A stretch of 64,000 nt of DNA from Balamuthia mandrillaris (lineage: Eukaryota): the NCBI GenBank assembly GCA_031835245.2, contig JAVKOQ020000056.1:62001-126000 (forward strand), read 5' to 3'. Made by a program: the position numbers and the translations under genes. This document shows positions 50,916 to 61,590 of the stretch, piece by piece (within the stretch, counting starts at the first letter, position 1; every line of letters begins with the position of its first letter). Below the pieces are notes generated by a model. It ran no database searches, was not told the origin of the DNA, and worked only from the letters and a program-made list of their open reading frames with translations.

Positions 50916-50985
50916 CAACTCTAACGGGCTTCGAACCGGCGGCCTGTGCGACCGTCAGGATCTGGTTTCGAACCGCACAAGAGTC
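50916..50985 (-). ncRNA. Degenerate tRNA-like / Pol III-type element
   Basis: Terminal GACTCT/AGAGTT pairing, a 3' T-arm-like GCCGG-TTCGAAG-CCCGT, two B-box matches and a downstream T8 run. No proper D or anticodon arm. Confidence 0.3.
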
Positions 50986-51376
50986 AAACTTTTTTTTAGA
51001 TGCTGTTTTTCGGCTTCCCCCGGCTTGGGTTCGAACCCGAGCAGTATACACTTTTTTTTTGAATTTGTTTTCTCTTCACTCGTTCTGGTTTCTCTGCGTC
51101 CTGCTTCTTCTTGTTTTTGTTCTGCTTCGTTGTTGTTGTTGTTGTTGTTGTTCTTCTTCTTCTTCTTCATCTTCTTCTTGTTCTTCTTCTTCTTCTTCTT
51201 GTCTTGGTGTTCTTCTTCTTCTTCTTCTTCTTCTTCTTCTTCTTCTGCTTCTTCTTGTTCTTCTTCTTCTTCTTCTTCTTTTTGGTGTTCTTCTTCTTCT
51301 TCTTCCTCTCCTTTCTCGTTCCCTCTTGTTCTTGTTCTGCTTCTTCCTGAAACAATGCGCACAGAAAAGATCTACT

Positions 51377-52130
51377 TCACTTTCGCTTACACAAAAAGTT
51401 CATGATGCTGCTTTTGCTGATGGACGGGGATGCGGAAGCAGAGGCGGAGAGGTGCTTGCGAACATAAGCCTCCACGTTAAACTTTCTTTGGCAGCCCTTG
51501 AGGTTCATGTAGCGCACTTTGCCAAAGATGGGTCTCTCCGCCCAGCCTTGGTCGTGCAGCCCCCCGATGCTCCACGCGCACCCCACGTAGCCGTTGGGGT
51601 CACGTCCGTCCAGCTCATACCGGTCGTTCAGTTTGATGGCATACTCCAAAGCCATCTTTATAAGAGGGAGATAAAAAGGAGTTAAAGAGAAAAGTGGACC
51701 GAGAAGTGACAGGCATAGAAGTGAAAGTGAAAGGCAGAGATATAAACCTGAGGTGCTTCCGTCCATTCCAGAATCTTCTTGGCCCAATACATTCGCATGA
51801 ATCCATGCATCTTGCCCTGAGAGACCATTTCCCGTTGAGCAGCATTCCACAGTGGGTCATGGGTTTGTCCTTTGTCAAGCTCTTCGTAGCTATACAAGTA
51901 CTCTCTTCTATCTTTGGCGTGCTTTGTCAAGGATTCTTTGGCCCAACTTGGGAAACCTTCAAAGCTATCATAGTTTGCGTTGTAGAAGCAGTAATTGTCG
52001 GCGAGCTCTCGACGCACCACAAGTTCCTCGAAGAATGCCTCGTAACCACCGCGAGATGCAGACTGATGCTGTAACAGAGCTAAGTTTTCAAGGAAGGAAG
52101 GAAGGAAAGAAAGAAACGACAAGAAACGAC

Positions 52131-52168
<38 letters not shown>

Positions 52169-53548
52169 AATATCCAACCTTTTTGCTATCTAAAATACAC
52201 CTCTGTGCACTTAACTGTCCAAAGTGGAGATATGGGCTCAAATGGGACTGGCACGAATAGAAAGATATGAGAAACAAACCTGCACACACATTTAACCAAC
52301 AACACAACAAACCTGAGCATCAAGAGTTGGGTCATTTCTGTTAGTCTTGTAATCTTTGAGCTTTGTGTTGACAAAGTGGTCGAGTGCTTGCCTAGCCGCA
52401 CTTTCCTGTTTTGAAAAGTTAAAAACTAACTACCCAACGAGAGAAGAGCAGAGAGAGAGAGAACAGGAAAGAGACGAGAGAACTAAAGAGAAAGGCAAAG
52501 AGAGAAGCTCATGAAGATATCGTACACCAGGTGTTATCCAAGATACTTCCGCCACACTTGCGTCTGTGTTGCTTCTCACAAACTCCCACACGTTGTTCCA
52601 ATCCACAGTGGGCCAAGGTTTAGGCCATTTGGAAGCACCCTTTGGAGTTGTGGACTTCTCTTGTTTAATCTCCTCCTTCACGTCACTTTTGGACGACGAA
52701 GAACCTCCAAAGACTTCGTTCAAAGAAGGAAACTCATGCAAGAACTCTGTTACAATAGAACGTTAGCAAGAACAATAACTGCTAAAACGTGGATAGAAGT
52801 TAATACCCCCAATGCGAGCATGTATCTTTGGACGAATGGTTCTTGCTGCATACTCTTGCTTATCAGAAGTCACCCATACTGGTACTATATTATGTGCATC
52901 CACTGATACAATGCAACAAAGTAGCGAAACAAGAACAGGGTGAATGAGGAGACAACGTCAAAAACAATGATAAGCTATACACAGAGGGAGATGGCAAGCC
53001 TACAAAGGGTAATACAACACACCTTCCGTAACTTGAACGTCGCTGTCCTGAAGGTACCCTGCCGAAGCCACTTCCATCTTCCACTGCCTCCCAATGTTCA
53101 TCGGCGAAAAGTCGTAAACGAGATGAGAGACCGCATAGCTCTGCAAGAACTCTGGTATCCTCTCTTTGGGCTGCCCGGTTAGAATGCAAAAGGGCACGTT
53201 GATCGCTTGCAACGTTTGCTCCACCTCTTGCAAGCCCTTTACCATGAAGCTGAACTGACGGAGGCCAGCCCCTTTGAAGCCTGGCACCATGCAGAAGAGA
53301 ACGCCCATTGGTACGTTGAGTGCATCTGCCAGCTCTATTTGGTTGGTGTTTGATAGAGTCGAACTCGTAAATTAAACAAGACAAGAAAGAATGAGAATAG
53401 AACAACAAGAAACACGAGTAGAAGAAGCATGGAAGAAAGAAAGAAAGAAAGAAAGAAACGACAAAAAACGACAAGAAAGAAACGGCAAGAAAGAACAAGA
53501 ACAAGAACAACAGCAAGAAGAACAACAAGAAACACGAGTAGAAGAAGC

Positions 53549-53628
<80 letters not shown>

Positions 53629-54042
53629 AACGACGAGAAAGAAAGGCCAAGAGATTCGTGCAAAACAACAAGACTACGACGGTAGGTTACCTTTGGCGTG
53701 AAGCAAAGCCCAGTTATCATGCACGCGTTGATCTCTGCTCATCCAGTACACAACACCGGTTGCACGGGCGGTCGCCCCTTTGGCTTCTTTGATGGTGCGC
53801 ACCCTTGCTCCATGCACCCAACGACCGAGCCCAAAGCCACAGCCTTCTTTTTTCTCCGTTTCTTCTTCTTTCACGCTATTCTTTCTCTGCTTCTTCGTCT
53901 TCTCTTTTTCCTTTCCTTTCTCTCGTTGTTGTTGTTGTTCGTCATCCTCGTTCTTCTCTGCTTCTTCTTGTTCTTCTTCTTCTTCTTCGTGCTCCGTCAA
54001 GCGACGCTTTCTTTGGCGGGCAACAGTTGATCCTCGTTTCAT
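51377..54042 (-). CDS. phr: Class II CPD (deoxyribodipyrimidine) photolyase, multi-exon
   Basis: [68 protein letters not shown] and [10 protein letters not shown]. Confidence 0.96.
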
Positions 54043-54221
54043 CTTTTTTGGGGGGCGTCACTTGGTCCTTATTGGGCTCTCTTCCTTTCAAGAAAAAACA
54101 GAAACAACGCACCCTAGGGGCCGCCTAGCGCTTTTGGAAGAACCAGAGAGAGAGGCATGCTTCACCTTGCTCACCTTCTCGTCACTCTTGCGTGGGTCTT
54201 CTTCCTGGAAGGGCCATCTGA

Positions 54222-54388
54222 TGTCGACATATTTACTATTTATGGAAATTATTAGACCACTGTTTGATTTCGCATTGGTGTTTTGAATTTTTCTTTATTT
54301 GATATTTTCCTAGATTAATCGTCGACATATTTACTATTTTTGGAAACGACCACGCTGTTTTGATTTCGGATTGGTTTTTTGAATTTTA
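54222..54388. repeat. About 70-bp imperfect direct repeat upstream of photolyase
   Basis: GTCGACATATTTACTATTT.TGGAAA...GACCAC..TGTTT.GATTTCG.ATTGGT.TTTTGAATTTT at 54223 and 54321. Confidence 0.8.
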
Positions 54389-54910
54389 ATCATGCGGTCC
54401 AGGATCTGGGGGGGACAAACGATAACACACAAAGACGAGACAAGGTTCGCATGGAGAATGAAGAGGAAGTCAGAGTGGTTTCTCCATGCGAACCTTGTCT
54501 CCTCTTTCAGGGAACCATGAAAAGAAAGTGGAACATTTTTCTTCTAACACATCACGTGAAGGGTTTTTGTGATGATTTCACACGTTCTGTTGCTGATTGG
54601 GAGTGGAGATTAGAATCCGAGGTTCTCCTCGCTCATGCTTGGCGAAAAGGGTTCAACTTGACCCTGTGGATAAACAGAAATCGCTTTATTAATGAAAGAT
54701 AATACTCTGAGGCGATTGGTCTGTTGGTATTATTGAAAATAATAACACTAAAAAAAATTATAGCCGAAAGGGATTCCAGAAATGGGATTCTAAGAATAGG
54801 CGGTGTCCATCCAACAAACTATATATATGAAGCCTCACCCCATGTTCACCTCAGGTTTTCAATTCGGAACCAACAACAACCACATCTCACCACTACAAAC
54901 CCATTTCACA

Positions 54911-54963
54911 ATGAGCAAAGAGGGCTTCGTGCGTTTTTTCTCCTTTTGCCGCTGCTCTCTCCG

Positions 54964-55004
<41 letters not shown>

Positions 55005-55450
55005 TTTCTTTGCTGCTAAACATAAACACAAACAAAAATGATTCAAACCTGTAGAAGTACATCAAGAAGAAGAAGACCGTCCGTCTGGTCAACCAAAACA
55101 CCGGGCAGTCCCTCCGTGGCTTTGCCGATGGTCACGTCGACGGCAAAGGCAAGCAAGGCCCCAGGACCCAATGGACCGTGGAGGAGGGCGAGGGCGGCAC
55201 TTACCTCTTCAAGAACGTGAAGACCGGAAAGTACTTGCGCATCAGCAAGGAGAGCGGAAAGTTGGATTGTGAGGGCACCGGAGGTCCTCAGTGCCGCTTC
55301 ACGGCCACCGAGAAGGACGGCAAGGCGGTGTTGCAGTCCCAAAAGCTGGGCCATCGCATTGGCATTCTGCCCGACGGATCTCCCAAGGAGCCGGCCAAAG
55401 TGGGCGAAGGTAGGGCTGCTCTCTTCACTGTTGTAAAGGTGAAGGTGTAA
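54911..55450 (+). CDS. Small beta-trefoil protein (fascin/FGF-like fold)
   Basis: Exon 1 MSKEGF (54911-54928) and intron 54929-55054. Three internal repeats VRLVNQNTGQSLR / YLFKNVKTGKYLR / AVLQSQKLGHRIG. Confidence 0.7.
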
Positions 55451-55516
55451 AAGATGTCTGTAACTACATGTTGCTATAGTAAATACCTATACCTAATACC
55501 TATAATAATGATAACC

Positions 55517-55988
55517 TCAACAAATCCTTTGTTTCGTTACTTGAAAGCGGAGTGAGAAGAGGGAAGAGCACAGAGAGAGAGAGAGAGGAGAGAGAGATGG
55601 TTGTTTAAAAAACCAATTAAACAAGCTCACCGATGACTTCAAAGTATCGAAAGGTGTAGGAATCACCCCCTGCCAGCGTGATGTAGCCTCCATCTTCCTC
55701 CACCTGCCAGGCCCATGTGCCCAAGAACACAGTCCCAGTCTGACTTCTTGGCCCGTATTTTACGAGAGACGAAGGATATTATGATGTCAGGGAGCATACT
55801 TTTCTAAAGACTGCTCCATGTTCGCTTGTGATGCGAAATAGAGAAGAGAGAGAGAGCGAGAGAGAGACACAGAGAGAGAGAGAGAGAGAGAGGGAGATAG
55901 AAATGGAGAGTGAGCAGAGAGAGAAAAGAGCGGCCAAACGGTACTTGGTCGGTTTCAAGCCCATCCGCTCTCTACCCGCTGCATTCAT
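55517..55988 (-). CDS. Putative small 4-exon protein of unknown function (about 67 aa)
   Basis: Three GT-AG introns (two with sense (CT)n tracts) join in frame to MNAAGRERMGLKPTNEHGAVFRKTGTVFLGTWAWQVEEDGGYITLAGGDSYTFRYFEVIVTKQRIC. Confidence 0.35.
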
Positions 55989-56044
55989 CACATGATTAGT
56001 GAGGTTATAAAATTAGGCGGGAAGTGACATCAGCAGGCATTTTC

Positions 56045-56106
56045 CGTGACGACATGGAATCAATGTACCCCATGTCGTCACGTGGGGTACCGTTCATGTC
56101 GTCACG
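56045..56106. promoter_or_regulatory. Three copies of CATGTCGTCACG (one inverted) upstream of glycerol kinase
   Basis: CGTGACGACATG at 56045-56056, and CATGTCGTCACG at 56071-56082 and 56095-56106. Confidence 0.5.
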
Positions 56107-56147
56107 AATTTTCCACTATAAGAAACAGAGAGAAAACAAGAAACAAG

Positions 56148-57241
56148 ATGAGCGAAGGCGGTGCCTCCTTCCTATCGCTGAAGCAAGCAGGGCTATGGGC
56201 CGCCTCCGCTGGGCTGACCTTGGCGTGGGTCCTCCATAGGAGCCGCACCACCGCCCGCCCTCAAAAGCGTTCCAGCAATAGTAATCACAAAGCGAAAGAG
56301 AAAGAGGCGGTGGCGGCGGCGGGAGCAAGCCGATGGGTCTCGGAGGAGGAGCCCTCTTCCTTTGAGCCCCCGTTCATAGGGACGTTGGATCAAGGCACCT
56401 CCAGCACGCGCTTCATCGTGTTTGACGCTCGCCTGCGAGCGGTCGTGTCCTACCAACTGGAGCTTCAGCACATTACCCCTAAAGACGGGTTTGGCAGCTC
56501 TTCTTCTTCTTCTTGTTCTTCTTCTTCTTCTTTTTCTTCTTCTTGTTCTTGTTCTTCTTCTTCTTCTTCTTGTTCTTCTTGTTCTTCTTCTTCTTCTTCT
56601 TCTTCTTCTTGTTCTTCCTCTTGTTCGTCTTTTTCTCCTCCTTCTTTCTCATTTGAGGGTGACCATGATAAGCTGGGTCGAAGTCGATCCGAAAGAGATC
56701 CTGGAGCAGAGTCGCGCGTGCATGAGGGAGTGCATGACCCTGTTGGAGGAGTTGGGCTTTGCCGGCTCCACGCTCAAGATCTTTGGCCTCACCAACCAGA
56801 GGGAGACCTCTCTCGTGTGGGACCGACAAACCGGTCAACCGCTTGCAAACGCTATCGGTAACTTCCTTCCTTCTTGCTTCTTCTTCCTTCTTTCTCCCTC
56901 CCTCCTTCCTTCTCCCTTCTTCCTCGCTGAATGCTGTGCTTCTTCAAAAGTATGGTTGGACACACGAACATCACATATGATCGATCACCTGTTGAAAGAG
57001 AACGAAGGACGATGGGGCGAGGATGGCAAGAATCACTTTCGCTCGCGTTGTGGCCTGCCGTTGAATCCTTACTTTAGCGCCACGAAGCTAAAGTGGCTGC
57101 TGCAGCAAGTACCAGCCGTGCAAGAGGCCCTTGGCCAAGAGCGCTGTCTGTTTGGCACCATCGATTCATGGCTCATTTGGGTATCATTGCTTTTTTTTCT
57201 CGTTTTGGCTTGCTCTCTTCTCTGCTCTGCTCTGCTCTCTT

Positions 57242-57290
<49 letters not shown>

Positions 57291-58843
57291 GCTTCTCTCA
57301 CTTGGTGAATGATAGAACTTCACTGGCGGGCCAAATGCTGGTAAGCACATCACTGACGTCACCAACGCAAGTCGCACCATGCTGATGAATTTGGAGAGCC
57401 TCGATTGGGATGCCAGCATTTGCGAGTATGCTTCCGCTTGTATCAATTCTCTCAGTCTTTGCCGGCTTCCTTTTCTCATTCCTTCTGGATGACGATCATA
57501 CCACTATCACAGAGAACTAGAAATTCCGATGTCGATACTTCCAACCATTCGCAGCTCCTCCGAAATATATGGCCACTTTTGCGATGACTATCCTCTGCGT
57601 GGAGTGCCTATAGCAGGAGTAAGTACTGATGATAACCGTGGTTGAGGAGAACGGACTGACCATTTTTATCCGATATCTTCTTCCCAACTTATCAGTGCTT
57701 GGGAGATCAACAAGCATCTCTCTTGGGACACCTTTGCCTTTCGGAAGGCGAGGCCAAGAGCACGTAGGTTTATCACCTTGAAGTTAAAGGCGTTCTCCTT
57801 TTTCTGACTGTGTGCTGCTACATAGCTATGGCACTGGTTGCTTTTTGTTGTTTAACACAGGGCCTAAGATCGTGCAGTCTCATTCAGCCCTGACTACGGT
57901 GGCTTATCAACTGGGACCAGAGTCTCCTCCTGTTTATGCTTTGGAAGGCTCCATCGCTGTTGCCGGTGTTGCCCTTCGATGGTTGCGAGATGAGATGCAA
58001 CTCATCAGCAAATATGAGGAAATTGGTTCGTGCTTCTTCTCCCTCATCGCGTTGTCCTTCACCTTCCTCTTGTTCTTCTTGTTCTTGTTCTTCTACTTCT
58101 TCTTCTTCTTCTTGTTGTTGTTGTTGTTGTTGTTCTTCTTCTTCTCCTTCTTCTTCTTCTTGTTCTTGTTCTTCTTGTTCTTCTTCTTCTTCTTCTTCTT
58201 CTTCTTCTTCTTCTTCTTCTTCTTCTTCTTCTTCTTTACCAAAATTAAATAACGCGGCCTACGTTATTGTTCTCTTACTTATAGATGGGATTGCTGGATC
58301 AGTGGCAGATGCGGGAGGAATGTTCTTTGTACCTTGCTTTACTGGGCTCTTATCGCCCCATTGGAGAACTGACGCTCGTGGGTTGGCCATCCCTCATTTC
58401 TCATTTTTTCTTCTTTCTCTTTTTCTGCCATTGTCTTATTATTTGTTGTGATGTTCCAGCGTGGCGGTAGGAATCAGTCAAAGAGTGAACAAAGCTCACT
58501 TTATCAGGGCTGTCTTGGAGGGCATCTCTTATCAAACAGCAGAGGTACGTCTCAATATTCGTTTTTAGTATATTTATGTTTTTGCCACCGAACTGCTTAA
58601 TTCACTCCTTTTGCCCTGATCGTTGGTCTTGTTCTCATATGATTTTAATACCAGATTTTGACTGCAATGCATGAAGACTCTGGAGTAGAGCTTCGTAAGC
58701 TTGAAGTGAGCGGAGGAATGGCACACAGTACTGTATTCTTGGAGGTACTTGCGGACATTCTTGGCATTCAAGTTGGTGAGTGTTTCATTTACTCGTTCTC
58801 CCCTTTCTCAAACTTTCGTCGCTTCTCTGGTTCTCTATTTCTT

Positions 58844-58890
<47 letters not shown>

Positions 58891-59157
58891 CTCAAAACCA
58901 AACAAAAAACAACAACAGAACGACCGCAAAACATAGAAACAACAGCTCTAGGCGCAGCAATAGCAGCCGGCATGGCGATCGGCTTGTTCGACCAACACAA
59001 CCTCAGGGAAAGGACTACTTTGCACGATAACATCACGACCTACAACGGCTCCTCCAGCTCCAAGCAACGCTCCAAACGACGTCTAGGTTGGGAGAAAGCC
59101 GTTCGATGTACATTTGGTTGGGCCGATGGTGAAGACGACGAAGAAGAGAACAATTGA
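56148..59157 (+). CDS. GK: Glycerol kinase (FGGY family), multi-exon
   Basis: [66 protein letters not shown] and ETTALGAA. Confidence 0.95.
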
Positions 59158-59179
59158 ACCGGTATCACCATTCTATATT

Positions 59180-60143
59180 TTAATTTTTTATCCAACGAAG
59201 ATAAAGATGAAAATGGAGAAGCCACAAACTTCGTTTGATGAGTTCAGCGGCGCGAAGAAAGAACGAAGGGGCCTTCACATCCAGGCGAGACATCACAACG
59301 AGAGGAAGAAGAATGATACACCCCAACCATAATGCCATGAAGAGAAAGCAAATGGAACCAAGGAAACTTGGCTCGTACGTTGGCTGATTTTCTAACACTT
59401 CTTCTATGTATTCTTCTTGCAAGGAGAAGAGACGTGCTCCCTCGATGATGAGGTTGAGGTAACGTTTGGAGGGATAGTGGGAGGAGCAGTAGATGTCGGA
59501 GGAGAATAACGTGCTCGCTGCTGAGGTCAACGTTTGCGCTACGACAAGCTGCTCCGTCTTCTCTCCGTTCTCTTCCGTTTCGGCTTCTTCGGTTGTCTTC
59601 TTGTTCTTATATAATGTCACCGTTACTTGCTATAGTGATCGTTATAGCGTCCTTTCGTAAGTTGGAAGAAGGAAGCACGAAAGAAGAAAAAAGAATACAC
59701 AAACCACAGGAATGTAGGTCCCTTCGGTGGCTAAAAGACGCCGCCAGTCGCGAGAGGACAAAAGATAGAGAACGCCATGAACGGCTTGTCCCGCGCCCGC
59801 TGGGAGGACGGTGGCAAAAGCAGGCTCTCGCAGCGGAAAGCCCATGTGCATAAAGCTCAGCTTCCAGCCTCTCAAATAACCACAACGGGTTTCTTTGGGG
59901 CTTTTTCGAGAAGGAAACAAAGAAAGGTTACCCATATGCTCAAACTACCAACCTTTCGATACGATAACAGATGGAGTGGACAAGACAGAAAGAAATGACA
60001 AGAAGCCGATAGAGGGGAGAAAAAAAACGTTTTTTGGAATACCAGAGACCACGTCGACGAAGAACTTTTGGGTTCAGGTTGGAACCGTAGGCAAAGTACC
60101 AGATCTCTTCTTCCTCGTCTTCCGTCTTTTCTTTCTTCTTCAT
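59180..60143 (-). CDS. Gamma-glutamylcyclotransferase-like (GGCT/GliK-like) protein with C-terminal hydrophobic segment
   Basis: WYFAYGSNL, EPAFATV, VHGVLYLL...LLATEG and PSKRYLNLIIEGA. Confidence 0.85.
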
Positions 60144-60187
60144 CTTCGACCTTAATTTTAGGTTTTGTTTTAAAACAAAAAAAATTG

Positions 60188-60750
60188 TTATGTGTTGTTG
60201 TTATGATACATTTCCTCTTCTCCTTCTTCTGCTTCTGCTTCTTCTTCTTTTGCTTCTTCCTCCTCCTTTTTCTTATGGTCAAAGTCAAGCACAAATAACG
60301 TAGACTCGGTGTTGCAACAGGCGGCCACCACTTTGTCTTTGTCAAACTGGAAGTGAAGTATGCCCGAGTTGACGGTGTTACGGATGGAAGGAAAGGGATG
60401 GAAGACGTTAAGCGGCTGGGGCTCCGTCTTTGTCAGTATCTCTTCCATCTCCCATATCTGCAACTCGTTCGACCTTGTGCTACTACAAAAACAGAGTTGT
60501 CAGCGATAAAAACTCGTTTGTGGCATGGAGATAGAGTAGAGAATGAAGAGATATGACAAGGTCGAAGAACCTTAGCAAAAGGCTCTCGTTATAGCGTGCG
60601 TAGCAAATGGTATCACGAGCACCAAGCAACGACGGTGGTTGGGTTTTGCTTCGGTGGGCGCTGAGCCATAAACGCACTTGCAGCTTTCTGCGATCCCAAA
60701 ACAGCACTCCATCTTTTAATGCATTCATGTGGTCAACGCAAAGCATAGCA

Positions 60751-60796
<46 letters not shown>

Positions 60797-61549
60797 TGAG
60801 TGAGAGTGAGTGAGTGAGTGAGTGAGTGAGTGAGTGAGTGAGTGAGTGAGTGAGTGAGTGAGTGAGTGAGTGAGTGAGTGAGTGAGTGAGTGAGTGAATG
60901 AGAGAGAAACTCACCATCCCCTCCCTTTTGAGTACGACCATTACACATGATCTTGTCTTCATCAAACTGACATGCCCATCCTTGGTTTGAATAGGAGGGA
61001 AGAAAAGTGACCAGTCCCCACTTTTTCCGTTTGTCCCAGAGGCCAAGTTGTCCATCATCTCCAGCACTCACTGTTGTTACCGCCAGATCAGCACCGCAAT
61101 AATAACTAGGGAACAAAAGAAGAGAGCTAACCAATAGTGTCATGCGATAGCCGCAGGCAACGCACATCTGAGCCGTGCCCCTTCAACTTGCTCACTCGTT
61201 TGCCATATTCGAGATCCTGTAACAGCATGTAATCGCGTAAATGTGTGAAGAGCAGAAAGGGGAGACAGAGAGGATAGCGAGGGGGTAATGCAGAGCAGAC
61301 GTACCCAAACTAGAATACGATGGTCTCGAGAGCCGGTAGCCAAACACTCCTTTTCAAAGTGTAACGTCCATACAAGATTGCGATGGCCAACCAACACTCG
61401 TCCCGTTCTCCTGTTTTTGCTGTTTTCTTCATCGTCATAATTGTAATACAATGGTTGGACTTTGATACTATCTCCACTACTGTGAACCAGCAAGTTCCTT
61501 TCGTTCTCGTATTGGAATGTCCTAACCTAATACACATTTGTATTTAGCA

Positions 61550-61590
<41 letters not shown>

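Noticed and set aside
50916..50985. Canonical tRNA gene
   Set aside because: No A-box, D-arm or anticodon arm can be drawn. Kept only as a tRNA-like element.
54379..54702. 107-aa non-repetitive ORF between photolyase and the beta-trefoil gene
   Set aside because: No motif, weak coding bias, and it lies in a divergent promoter region with CCAAT boxes.
60791..60900. (GAGT)n array translating as THSL repeats
   Set aside because: An intronic tetranucleotide microsatellite of the F-box/WD40 gene.
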